Shown here: piece after piece, positions 45,166 to 54,915 of the stretch
Layout of the letters: each line of letters begins with the position of its first letter
Position numbering within the stretch: position 1 is the first letter of the stretch
DNA from: an uncultured Candidatus Saccharibacteria bacterium
GTDB taxonomy: Bacteria; Patescibacteriota; Minisyncoccia; Phycocordibacterales; JACOZG01
Assembly: GCA_965230925.1 (NCBI GenBank)
Contig: OZ246403.1
Location: 646,541-710,540 of the forward strand
Direction of reading: 5' to 3'
Length of the DNA stretch: 64,000 nt
Translations under genes and position numbers: made by a program
The notes under the pieces: generated by a model
The model's database searches: none
The model's input: only the letters and a program-made list of their open reading frames with translations
What the model was told of the DNA's origin: nothing

Positions 45166-48054
45166 GTGAAAGATGAGGCGAAATTTCTTAAGCTTTATAA
45201 ACAGCTGAATCCGGCGCAGAGGGAGGCGGTGGATCAGATTGATGGGCCGGTTTTGGTGATTGCCGGGCCGGGGACGGGGAAAACGCAGATTCTGACCTTG
45301 CGAATTGGGAATATTTTGCGCCAGACTGACACCTCACCAGATTCGATTTTAGCTCTCACTTTTACCAATTCTGGCGTTTACTCGATGCGCCGACGCTTGG
45401 TCGAGATTATTGGCGCTGCGGGTTATCGTGTGCCAATTTACACTTTTCACGGTTTTGCCAACCTCGTGATTCGCCGCTACCCCGAATATTTCCCGGCGAT
45501 TATTGGCTCCGCTCACGCCTTGCTCGTCGATCAAGTGCGCTTGCTCGAGCAAATTATTGATCAGGGGAAATTTAAATGGCTTAAGCCCTATGGTGATCGC
45601 TTCTATTATCTTAAGCCGATCTTGAGCGAGATCGAGCGGCTGAAAAAAGAAAATTTATCACCCGCTGATTTCCGGAAATTATTGAAGACTGAACCGGGGA
45701 AAGACGAAAAACTTTTGGAGAAAAATCTTGAGCTCGCCAAGGTGTATGACGAGTATGATAAGGCTTTGCGTGCGGCCAAGCTTTATGACTTCGCCGACAT
45801 GGTGATGACCGTAATTGCGGCTCTGAAAAAGCACAAAGATTTGCGTTTGCGCCTGCAAGAAGAATATCAATATGTCCTCGCTGATGAACATCAAGATGCC
45901 AATCAGTCGCAAAATGATTTACTCGCTTTGCTCACCGACTACGATGTTTCACCCAACCTCTTTATCGTCGGCGATGAGAAGCAGGCAATCTTTCAATTCC
46001 AAGGTGCATCGCTCGATAACTTCGAGTATTTTAAAAAATTATATCCCACGGCCAAGGTCATTACGCTCGGTGAGAATTATCGCTCGCATCAACTTATTCT
46101 TGACGCGGCGCATAGTGTGATTGCTCGGAGTAGTTTTCTTCCCTCCGAATCACTTGCCGAGTTGCGTGGTCAGGCGAAGGGGGAACACAAAATTAATCTG
46201 CGAGCATTTGCGAGTGACGCCGCCGAGCTTGCTTGGGTGGCGAGTGATTTGCGAGAGAAAATTAAAAACAGTGTTCCGGCGAATGAACTCGCCGTGCTCT
46301 ATCGCGACAATAGCGATGCGCGAGAGTTGGTGGCCGAGCTCGAGCGGCAAGGTCTTCCTTTTGTTATTTCCTCAGAAGCCAATGTTCTCCACGATCCAGA
46401 AATTAAAAAGTTAATCCTGATTTTCCAAACCATTCATCACTTCGGCGATGACGATAAACTTCTTCATCTTTTGCATCTCGATTTGTTTCACTTCTCGGCT
46501 TTAAAAATTCATCGCTTCGTGACCAAGTGTCGACAAGAAAAAAAGACTTTGTGGGAGAGTTTGGCGACTTCGCCAATTTTTAAATCGCTCGGGAGCAAAT
46601 TGGAGAAGTTGCGGCAAGAGAGTTTTAATTCGAGCTTCAGCGACTTTTTTGGCTCAGTGCTCGCGGAAACTGGCTTCATTGCTCACTTGCTCAAGCAAAG
46701 CGCGGGTCCAGAGAAATTGGCTAAGCTCCAAGCTTTTTTCGGTAATATCAAGAATTTACTTGCGAGCAAACCGCACTTTTCTCTCGCCGATTTTATTGCC
46801 TATCTCGACTTGCTCGAAGAACATCATTTGGCGATTAATGTGCCGGTGGATGAGAAATTGGAAGGTGTACGCTTGATGACTTGTCATCGCGCCAAAGGTT
46901 TGGAATTTGATCACGTTTATCTTATCAAGGCCTTCGATGGTCACTTTGGCGGTAAGCGCGAGCGTCGAACATTCCAGATTCCGTTCCGCGGTCTGGCTAA
47001 ACTCGAAGGTGATAAAGACGATGATGATCGACGACTTTTCTATGTGGCACTTACGCGTGCACGGCTTGGGATGAATTTAAGTTATGCGAAAACGGGGAGC
47101 GAAGGGGAACTCCGTTTGCCAAGCAGATTTATCGAAGAAATTGATAAACACTTAATCACTGAAGTGGCGCCGCCCGATGTCCCGCCGATAGAGCATGAGT
47201 GGCAGAAGCGGCAATACACGGGGCCCAAACTCACCGACCAGGCTTATCTCAACAAACTCTTTTTCGACCAAGGACTCTCGGCCACGGCGCTCAATAATTA
47301 TCTTGATTGCCCTTTGAAGTATTTTTTCAACAACCTTTTGCGGGTGACGCGCGCGCAAGGCAAAGAGCTTATCTACGGCACGGCGGTGCACCTCACGCTC
47401 AAAGAATTTTTTGACCAATATCGTGAAGGCAAGATGTGGCCGGAAAAGAAGCTTTTAACCCAATTTCAGACGAGGCTTAAAGAATTACCCCTCACGTCAA
47501 ATATCTTTAAAGAAACTTTGGCGAAGGGTAAAAGAGCGCTTGGTGGCTGGTATCAAACTTATAATAAGAGTTGGCCACGCGAGATTATTAATGAATTCAC
47601 GATCAAAGGTGTGCTTATTGATCCGCCTTCAGTCGGACAAGTGGCAATTCGCTTGCGCGGGCAGATTGATAAGATAGAAATGTTGGGTAAAAACAATGAA
47701 GTCAAAGTGGTGGACTATAAAACCGGAAAACCCAAAAGTCGCAATGAAATTCTGGGACAAACGAAGAATAGTACGGGTGATTACTTCCGGCAACTTGTTT
47801 TCTATAAAATTTTATTGGAAGGTTTTGATCGGGGAAAATATAAAGTGATGACCGGCGAACTTGATTTCATTGAACCCAATCCGAGCGGCAAATATAAAAA
47901 AGAGCAATTCGAACTCACTCTCGATGAAGTCAAAAACCTCATTGAAGTGATCAAAAAAACCTCGAGCGACATCCTCGACCTTTCCTTTCTCCGTCACGGT
48001 TGCGGCCACTGCGACTCCTGCACCCTCTGGCAAATGATGGGACGGAAGGTGTAA
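45166..48054 (+). CDS. UvrD/PcrA-family helicase fused to C-terminal PD-(D/E)XK (Cas4/AddB-like) nuclease domain with Cys cluster
   Basis: Walker A AGPGTGKTQ, motif II ADEHQD, helicase motif VI TCHRAKGLEFD...LFYVALTRAR. C-terminal ...DYKTGKP...GHCDSC. Confidence 0.8.
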   Translation: MKDEAKFLKLYKQLNPAQREAVDQIDGPVLVIAGPGTGKTQILTLRIGNILRQTDTSPDSILALTFTNSGVYSMRRRLVEIIGAAGYRVPIYTFHGFANLVIRRYPEYFPAIIGSAHALLVDQVRLLEQIIDQGKFKWLKPYGDRFYYLKPILSEIERLKKENLSPADFRKLLKTEPGKDEKLLEKNLELAKVYDEYDKALRAAKLYDFADMVMTVIAALKKHKDLRLRLQEEYQYVLADEHQDANQSQNDLLALLTDYDVSPNLFIVGDEKQAIFQFQGASLDNFEYFKKLYPTAKVITLGENYRSHQLILDAAHSVIARSSFLPSESLAELRGQAKGEHKINLRAFASDAAELAWVASDLREKIKNSVPANELAVLYRDNSDARELVAELERQGLPFVISSEANVLHDPEIKKLILIFQTIHHFGDDDKLLHLLHLDLFHFSALKIHRFVTKCRQEKKTLWESLATSPIFKSLGSKLEKLRQESFNSSFSDFFGSVLAETGFIAHLLKQSAGPEKLAKLQAFFGNIKNLLASKPHFSLADFIAYLDLLEEHHLAINVPVDEKLEGVRLMTCHRAKGLEFDHVYLIKAFDGHFGGKRERRTFQIPFRGLAKLEGDKDDDDRRLFYVALTRARLGMNLSYAKTGSEGELRLPSRFIEEIDKHLITEVAPPDVPPIEHEWQKRQYTGPKLTDQAYLNKLFFDQGLSATALNNYLDCPLKYFFNNLLRVTRAQGKELIYGTAVHLTLKEFFDQYREGKMWPEKKLLTQFQTRLKELPLTSNIFKETLAKGKRALGGWYQTYNKSWPREIINEFTIKGVLIDPPSVGQVAIRLRGQIDKIEMLGKNNEVKVVDYKTGKPKSRNEILGQTKNSTGDYFRQLVFYKILLEGFDRGKYKVMTGELDFIEPNPSGKYKKEQFELTLDEVKNLIEVIKKTSSDILDLSFLRHGCGHCDSCTLWQMMGRKV

Positions 48055-48056
48055 TT

Positions 48057-48923
48057 TTATTTCATTCCCCAATAACCAAAAACGTAGCCGGTGGTGTAGT
48101 CAGAATTGGGAACAAAGTCTTCGGTGTTGAGAACCTGGAGATTAGCTGTGGCGAGTGCTTGTTTAGTCTTCATGGCGGTGAGAAAAGTGAGGAGCGCGGC
48201 ATTTGAATCAGCTTCAACCAAGTTAATTGATTCGCTGTCGAAGTTGTTGAGAATTGCTCCGGAGAGCTGGTCGAGCGGTGCCGCTTGATCTGGCGTGAGA
48301 TAGTGAGAGAAGTCCACGCTCGCAATGAGCACCGTCTCTTTATCGAGCCTTGACGCTAAGAATTCGCCGAGTTGTTTGGCTTCGGCTTGACTCGTGTTAG
48401 AACGGAGAATAATTGGTGTAAGACGAGCTTCTGGGAACAGACGACTAATGAGAAGAGTTTGGGTACCAATTGAGTGTTCGTTGTCGAACGGTTCTTCTTC
48501 GATGGACGCGATTTTTTCCTCACTTAACTTCTCGGCTAGGCCTGGGATTGGCTTCAGCTCGCCATAAGTACTCAAGAAGCTGGCGGCAGAAACGGTGATC
48601 GGTGTTTGCCCTGCATTAGTATGATCAGGTCCGAGAATAATAAAATTCTTAACCGTTTGCTTGGCTTTGAGCCCACGATAGAAGTTCAGGAGCTCGGGAA
48701 TAGTAGTGGGAATATGGTGAGGAACAATGCCGCCAGAGATATGTGAGAGAGAAATTGGTTCAGGTGATTCCGGATTTTCGAGAGCAGTCTCAATTAGCGG
48801 TGTATATTCATTCCAGAGTGATTGGTGGTAAGTGAAAATCTTTTCCTCGCTGGCACTACCAGTGAAGTAGGCCAGGGCAAGAGCCAGTAGTACGAGAACA
48901 CTAGCGAATAGTAACCGTCGCAT
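48057..48923 (-). CDS. Memo1/AmmeMemoRadiSam-system-protein-B family protein with N-terminal signal anchor
   Basis: ISGGIVPHH, ILGPDH and SVDFSHYL blocks (Memo GPSH/DFSHY). N-terminal MRRLLFASVLVLLALALAYF. Overlaps the 3' end of the upstream giant gene by 23 nt. Confidence 0.6.
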   Translation of the reverse strand: MRRLLFASVLVLLALALAYFTGSASEEKIFTYHQSLWNEYTPLIETALENPESPEPISLSHISGGIVPHHIPTTIPELLNFYRGLKAKQTVKNFIILGPDHTNAGQTPITVSAASFLSTYGELKPIPGLAEKLSEEKIASIEEEPFDNEHSIGTQTLLISRLFPEARLTPIILRSNTSQAEAKQLGEFLASRLDKETVLIASVDFSHYLTPDQAAPLDQLSGAILNNFDSESINLVEADSNAALLTFLTAMKTKQALATANLQVLNTEDFVPNSDYTTGYVFGYWGMK

Positions 48924-51900
48924 TCTGAGAAATTGTCATGCTGGCTAGACTCTTGAGTGACTGGAGAATGGCTGGCTCAGCCTGATAGCGACCCTTCGAC
49001 ACCACGCGCGCCGTATAAGAAATTGAGCGGGGAGGATTCTTGCTAACGACGAAGGCTACTTCTTGATTTTCAATTTTTATGGGGTAATGCATCAGAATAT
49101 CTTTACCGCCGAAGGAGCGGCTGGCTTCCGGACTCACGGCGCGTAAACCGCTCGGTAAGTAATCCGTGAGTTTATAGGCGCCATCAAGAGATTGGGGGCC
49201 AAAACTTGGTGTGAGGTATACGGTCACAAGATCACCATCTTTGAACTCGGTGGTGGGAACACCGTTTACCGAGTATGAGCGCGTAAGTGTGAGATTAGAA
49301 TCTTTAACAACATCTTTTGGTGACGACGGCATTTCATATTGAGTTGTGAGACCGAGATTACCTTTTACCTCATTTAGTTTGAATGATTTTAATTCTTCTG
49401 CCGAGAGATTGAGAACCAGAGTTTCATTATTGCTTAGGGTTTTGTTCTCAGTTTTATTTCCTAGCTGATAACTGAACTTTGTTTCGGCGGCCTCGGTGTG
49501 AGCGAGAGCGCGGCTGAGGTAAATGAGTTCAGGGAAACTGTTGAGAATTTCTCGAGGATTATTGGTTTTCCCATAGAGGGCAAGGGCTGCCGCTTCCTTC
49601 TCTTCCAAACCAGCCGCTAGTGCCGCGGCGAGGGCGGTGGCCGTAATTGTTTCATCTGGTGGCAGATTTCTTACATATGCATATGAAGCTTGTTGGGTAA
49701 TCTCGGGCAGAATGGCGGTGCGATAATATTGCCGAGCATCTTCTTTAGCGCCAAGTGTTTCAAGGGCGAGGCCGACAAAGATTTTTTCGGTGATGGCGAG
49801 GGAAGTATCTTTGGCAAGAGTTTGGAGTTTGGGAAGAATTGGTTCACGGAAAGCACTGAGGCCAAAGAGGGCGCGGACACTGCGCGATCGATCTGCTTGT
49901 TTGTTTACGAGATTGTCGTGAAGATACTTTCGCAAGGCAACTCGGTTTATTGTCTGATCGTTGAAGAGATGAGCGCCGAGGCTCGAGATTTCAAGTTCAT
50001 CACCGGAGTACGGTAAGAGTTGTAAACCGCCGGAGTAAGATTGATATCGTTCACTTGGGAAAAGTTCATAAGGTTGCTCCTCAGCAAAATATTTTTTAAG
50101 CAATTCTTTCGCCGCGAATGTGGCACCCACTTGATCCAATCTTGGTCCGCGGTCGAGGGTGAGATGCTTGAGGTCTCGATACAGAGTGCCACGACCCGCT
50201 TCGCTGAAGGTGAGCGTGGTGTAGCCACTTGTCTTTGGTTCAATGGTCAAGCCAGCTGTTCCTTGGTAGAAATCAGCCGTGTTTTTATTGAAGTAACTTT
50301 CCACCACGTGAAGTGGGCTCACTAATCCATCAGTTGAGTTCCCGTTCTGAGCTCTCGCCGTAATTTTATGATCGCCGACGGTCAATTTTCCAAGGGCGAG
50401 ATCGATAATTGCACCGCCAATTTGTTCAATTTTCTTGAAGGGCAGAGTGGGGCTTTCCGCGCTGTACTTAGTGCTGTCCGAGATAACACCAGAGCCGAAG
50501 GTGCGCAGGCGCAGAGTGAGTTCGTCGCCAGCGAGATAAGTGTTATTAAGTGTGGTGTCGACGAAGAAGGGCAATGAGACGGGGATGAAAGAGACTGTTT
50601 TTCCGGCAAACAAGTCTTGAGTTACCGCCTGACTGGTGAGCCGCCACGAGGTAATGTTTTCCGGTAATTTGAAGTTTACTTTTGCGTGACCAGATCCATT
50701 GGTTACTATTGAGCGGAAAATAGCCGTTTCTTGAATATCGGAGCGCGGTGAAAGGCCTTCGCCGCCACCCATTTCTGCCCCGCCGCCACCACGGCCATCA
50801 TCGCGCGGTGGTCGGTGAGAAGAACGGAGCGTAAGCGATTGGAAGACGTCTCGGTAGAGAGATTGGGTAATGTCTTCTTCATTTGGTCGGAGAGAAAAGA
50901 CGGCCTCATCAATGGCCGAGAGATTTACTTCCGCTTTAGTGGGAGCTCCGGCGGCGTCGGTAACGCGGATATCAAGTTCTATGTTTTGACCGGGCATGAA
51001 GGAAGCTTGATTTGGGGTTACCGCAACGTTGAGTCGCCGTGTTTCGGCATTGAAGGAGAGGTTCTCGCGATAACTATTGTGGAAGCGGCCGCCGCTAAAC
51101 CACCCAGCCCACAGGTTAGCGTTCGGAATAAACTTGTTTTGGAAGGTTACCTGATAGGCGGGAGAATCCTGGATTTTGTAGGTGAGTTCATTGTTGTTTG
51201 CCACCGTGATGAAGATAAACTTATTTGATCCTGGTAGAAGGGTTTCGTCATTAGAATTGCGGATATTCAGGTTTACTAATTCGCCCAGTTGGTAGCCATT
51301 CTTTTTTTCTTCCAGTGGCCTAATTTGATAAGAGTAATCCTCATTTCCTTCCAGTCTAGGACTCTCGCCGTAGATATAACGGTCAGTTTTGAGCTGGCGA
51401 CCAAATTCGTCGTTGGTAGTAAAGGTGAGACTGTAGGTTTTTTTCTCTTCTGGTGAAAGAGAAAACTGAGCAATGCCACTAGCGTTGGAGGTGACCGTGC
51501 GGGTCTCGAGGAATTTTTCTTCTTTCGAATATTTATAAATTGGTTCGGTGGTTTTACTAATCGGATTATAGCGCGTGCCTGTTTGGTTTTTATGCTGAAT
51601 TACTTCGGTTACAGTAACCACTGTTTCTAGGTTAGGGACAGGGGCACCGAGATACTTTGTAGTGTCCCAAGAAGGCGTGCCTGAAGTAATATTACCTAGA
51701 GTAATAATATTATTTTTCAGCTCGAAATTTGTTTGGCCGCCTACTTTCTTCTGAGTAATCGTTTGATGAATATGCGGTCCAAAAATGAATATCGTGGCGC
51801 TGGTATTAATTTCTCCAGCTTCCGCCTGGGTGGGCCGGACACTTAAGTTGAAATGATTTGGCCAGTAGCGTTCCTCACCAGTGTAGGCGGTTGGAATAGT

Positions 51901-53727
51901 AATTGTGCCTTCGCCGCGCCCATCCAGAGTAATAATCCCGTTCCGTTGCTTGTTAATGAGGTAGCCTGAGTAAGTAAGGCCGAGATTTGTGACCGGTGTG
52001 CCGTCGAAGAATTCCCCCTTCACTTTGAAGGTGGCAGTTTCTCCAGCGAAGATGGCTGGTTTTTCCGGGCTTAGGGTTAATTGATAGGCCGGCTTAATAT
52101 ACTCGCTTATCGAGAGACCTTCTTGGGCAATAATTTCTTCACCTCGGCGGAGAGTGAGATAGTAAAATCCGGGCGAGAGATTCTCATAGGCTATTTCCCC
52201 AGTCAGGGTGTGATAGTCAGAGAGTTTGAAATTTTTGGTGGCGTAGATGGTTTTATTTTTTTCATTATCTGACCAGTAAACATTGCTTAAAGTGGCGGTA
52301 ATTTCTTCACCCGTGGCACTGTCTGCTCGCGGCTTGGCAATAGCCCAGAAGCGAATGATGTCGCTTGGGAGATAAATTGTTTTGTTGAGAGAAATATAAT
52401 CCCACCAAGTGTCTTGCTCATTGAAATCGGGTCGGTAACCATAGTCATTTTCTACCGGAATAACCACACTACCGCCAGGAGCTTCAGCTAAGAAGAAGTT
52501 CTCATCTTTAAGAATCTCGGGAGGGGTGGTGAAGATGGCGACTCCATCGGCGCCGGTCCGGGCGACTTCTTTTCCTCTCACTCGAATTGGCACATTGGCC
52601 AAACTGTTTTCTGTAGCGGCATTTTTGAGCCAGATCAATGATTGACCATTTCCCACCGCGGCTAAACTGGCTACCGGGCTCACTTGGAACCAGGCCATGT
52701 CGGTGTTGTCATTGGCGGTCAGAGCTATGGCGTAATAACCGACAGCGAGGGAGTTTGGGAGACGGACGAAACTGTTGTAACCTTCATTTGTTTTAATAAT
52801 TGGTAAAGTGGCGGAAAATGTTTTTTGTGAGGCAATTGCGTCGAGATCAGTATAGCGATGGTAGAAAGCCCAGGGATCTTGTTTCTTCGCTTGCGAAAGA
52901 AGTTCTAGAAATTGATTGGCAGAGTCAAAACGGTAAACCGCGGCCACCGCTTCGCTTACATTGCTACTAACATTGAATTCAATTGGTGAATCTGGTTTAA
53001 ATTCAGCAAAGGAGGGGTAAAAGTGGATGTATGGACCGCGCGCGTTCCCGCCCGCCTGCGTGGTCTCAAACCGGATAATTTTTTCTTCCCCTAGTTTTTC
53101 GCTCGAGCCTTCGGTGCCGAGCTCCGGCTTAACGGTAATGGTGTAAATGGTTTGTGGCTTCAAAGTGAGTCTTGGGATAAAACGAACTTTATTTCCCGAA
53201 AAGTCGAAGTCACCATCTGTCTTTGGAGTAATTTCAATATGTTTTGCCGGATCGTTGATGTTTTCACGATTAAATTCAATTTCAATTCCGGTATTGAGGG
53301 GGACATTGTTGGCTTGATGGCGAGGGAGAGAGCTCGTGATCGCGAACGGTGCCTTCACTTGGTAAGCCCAAGAGTAATCACGGTTCGAGAGTTCGCCACC
53401 GGCGATAGCGAGAGTGTAAATTTCATTAGTGTTGAGAGGAACTGTAGGGATAATTTCAAAGGTATTTCCAGAATCAACCTTCTTAACCTCGAAATCAGTT
53501 TCTGGAACAATCTTCAAATTATCTTCAATTGTTCCTACACCGAGGGGGGCTGAGGAGGTGAGAATAAAGCGGCTTTCGGCGTTAATCCCATTCGCATCAG
53601 CCGTGCTCGCGGTGAGGGTGAAGTCCGAGACGACCACCGGCCCTCTGCCTTTCATCCGAGGCCAAAAAACTACCGCCGCGATAATTAAAATCACGACCGC
53701 ACCTACCAAATAAGCTTTTTGTTTCAT
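48901..53727 (-). CDS. Giant secreted multidomain protein, alpha-2-macroglobulin (A2M/YfaS)-like, thioester-less
   Basis: 1608 aa. Signal anchor, many beta-sandwich (MG/Ig-like) segments, and an alpha-helical toroid-like region (AITEKIFVGLALETLGAKEDARQYYRTA...ATALAAALAAGL) where TED would sit. No CxEQ motif found. Confidence 0.5.
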   Translation of the reverse strand: MKQKAYLVGAVVILIIAAVVFWPRMKGRGPVVVSDFTLTASTADANGINAESRFILTSSAPLGVGTIEDNLKIVPETDFEVKKVDSGNTFEIIPTVPLNTNEIYTLAIAGGELSNRDYSWAYQVKAPFAITSSLPRHQANNVPLNTGIEIEFNRENINDPAKHIEITPKTDGDFDFSGNKVRFIPRLTLKPQTIYTITVKPELGTEGSSEKLGEEKIIRFETTQAGGNARGPYIHFYPSFAEFKPDSPIEFNVSSNVSEAVAAVYRFDSANQFLELLSQAKKQDPWAFYHRYTDLDAIASQKTFSATLPIIKTNEGYNSFVRLPNSLAVGYYAIALTANDNTDMAWFQVSPVASLAAVGNGQSLIWLKNAATENSLANVPIRVRGKEVARTGADGVAIFTTPPEILKDENFFLAEAPGGSVVIPVENDYGYRPDFNEQDTWWDYISLNKTIYLPSDIIRFWAIAKPRADSATGEEITATLSNVYWSDNEKNKTIYATKNFKLSDYHTLTGEIAYENLSPGFYYLTLRRGEEIIAQEGLSISEYIKPAYQLTLSPEKPAIFAGETATFKVKGEFFDGTPVTNLGLTYSGYLINKQRNGIITLDGRGEGTITIPTAYTGEERYWPNHFNLSVRPTQAEAGEINTSATIFIFGPHIHQTITQKKVGGQTNFELKNNIITLGNITSGTPSWDTTKYLGAPVPNLETVVTVTEVIQHKNQTGTRYNPISKTTEPIYKYSKEEKFLETRTVTSNASGIAQFSLSPEEKKTYSLTFTTNDEFGRQLKTDRYIYGESPRLEGNEDYSYQIRPLEEKKNGYQLGELVNLNIRNSNDETLLPGSNKFIFITVANNNELTYKIQDSPAYQVTFQNKFIPNANLWAGWFSGGRFHNSYRENLSFNAETRRLNVAVTPNQASFMPGQNIELDIRVTDAAGAPTKAEVNLSAIDEAVFSLRPNEEDITQSLYRDVFQSLTLRSSHRPPRDDGRGGGGAEMGGGEGLSPRSDIQETAIFRSIVTNGSGHAKVNFKLPENITSWRLTSQAVTQDLFAGKTVSFIPVSLPFFVDTTLNNTYLAGDELTLRLRTFGSGVISDSTKYSAESPTLPFKKIEQIGGAIIDLALGKLTVGDHKITARAQNGNSTDGLVSPLHVVESYFNKNTADFYQGTAGLTIEPKTSGYTTLTFSEAGRGTLYRDLKHLTLDRGPRLDQVGATFAAKELLKKYFAEEQPYELFPSERYQSYSGGLQLLPYSGDELEISSLGAHLFNDQTINRVALRKYLHDNLVNKQADRSRSVRALFGLSAFREPILPKLQTLAKDTSLAITEKIFVGLALETLGAKEDARQYYRTAILPEITQQASYAYVRNLPPDETITATALAAALAAGLEEKEAAALALYGKTNNPREILNSFPELIYLSRALAHTEAAETKFSYQLGNKTENKTLSNNETLVLNLSAEELKSFKLNEVKGNLGLTTQYEMPSSPKDVVKDSNLTLTRSYSVNGVPTTEFKDGDLVTVYLTPSFGPQSLDGAYKLTDYLPSGLRAVSPEASRSFGGKDILMHYPIKIENQEVAFVVSKNPPRSISYTARVVSKGRYQAEPAILQSLKSLASMTISQNATVTIR

Positions 53728-53745
53728 GGTTTAAATAGTAGCACC

Positions 53746-54903
53746 TTATCTCGTATCTTTTAATTTGAAGCTGAAAAAGACGCCGAGGAGGGTGACAAGG
53801 CCGAGCATGGTGAAGAGCGCGGCGAGAGGGAAGAAAAAGAGCATTACACTTGCGACTATTGGTGCGATTAAGTAAGCGAGCGGCAAGAGGTTGCGTGAAA
53901 GAGAGAGAACATCCACGTCTTTGGCGTCAATTTTTTTAAATAAATAAGTTTCTTTCATAATCTCGATTGTCGCCGCGCCGACGCGAGTGAGGAAGAGAAG
54001 ACTTGCCCAGAACCAGAGATTTTTAATTTCCAATTGCGCGAGCCACAGGGTGGCGAGTCCCATTATGAAGAAACCCGCGATCAGTAATTCTTTCTCGCCC
54101 AGTTTTCGGTCCGCGAGCCAGCCAAGTGGGTAGGTTACGATCACGAACGGCAAAAGCATGACAGTCAGAATGATGCCAATTTCTGGCCAGGTGAAACCGA
54201 GGGTGTTGTGAAGATGAAGCGGCAAGTAAATTACCATCACAGCGTAAAAAAAGTTGAGCAAGAAGTCGATCGAGAGAATGTGATAAAGATCGCGATAGTG
54301 ATTATTGCGATGGTTGAAAATTTTTCCTACTGTTTGGAAGAATTTTCCACCCACTGGTCTGGCGGTAACCGCGCGCATGGTGCTAATTAAGTAAATGGCT
54401 GGGAGCAAGGCGAGGCCTGCTAAAATGTAAATTTGGCGATAATTCTCAAATTGCCCAAGGAGTGTTCCCACCAAGAAAGGCGAGAGAAACCAGGCTATGT
54501 TGGTGAGAGTTAGGAAAAGACCTCGAACTCGACCAGTTTCGGTGTCCCTTGTAATGTGTTCGAGATACAAGTCGAGATTAAATCGAGCCAAGTATCCGAG
54601 AGCGTCGTAAACAATGAAGGCGATAACGAGGACTAGAGGAAACTGGAGTTTGGCGAGAAGAATAATCGCGACAATTTTTCCCACGAGGAAGGCAATACTC
54701 AAACCCTTCAAACTTCGCGGATAAGCCCGCAAAACGGCAGGCAAGAGCGCGAGTGCTCCGAGGAGCACAAGTGAAGATAGGGCATAAACCGGACCTATTA
54801 AACCCTCGCCACCCACAGCACTTAAGAAAAGCGAGTTAGTGTAGGCCGAGAAGGCGAGCGCGACGTTGAGGAAGAAAACGGCCCAGTATAAATTTTTTCT
54901 CAC
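53746..54903 (-). CDS. MFS transporter
   Basis: 12 predicted TM; MFS loop 2-3 motif-like GRVRGLF. Confidence 0.7.
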   Translation of the reverse strand: MRKNLYWAVFFLNVALAFSAYTNSLFLSAVGGEGLIGPVYALSSLVLLGALALLPAVLRAYPRSLKGLSIAFLVGKIVAIILLAKLQFPLVLVIAFIVYDALGYLARFNLDLYLEHITRDTETGRVRGLFLTLTNIAWFLSPFLVGTLLGQFENYRQIYILAGLALLPAIYLISTMRAVTARPVGGKFFQTVGKIFNHRNNHYRDLYHILSIDFLLNFFYAVMVIYLPLHLHNTLGFTWPEIGIILTVMLLPFVIVTYPLGWLADRKLGEKELLIAGFFIMGLATLWLAQLEIKNLWFWASLLFLTRVGAATIEIMKETYLFKKIDAKDVDVLSLSRNLLPLAYLIAPIVASVMLFFFPLAALFTMLGLVTLLGVFFSFKLKDTR

Positions 54904-54915
54904 CCAACTATTATA

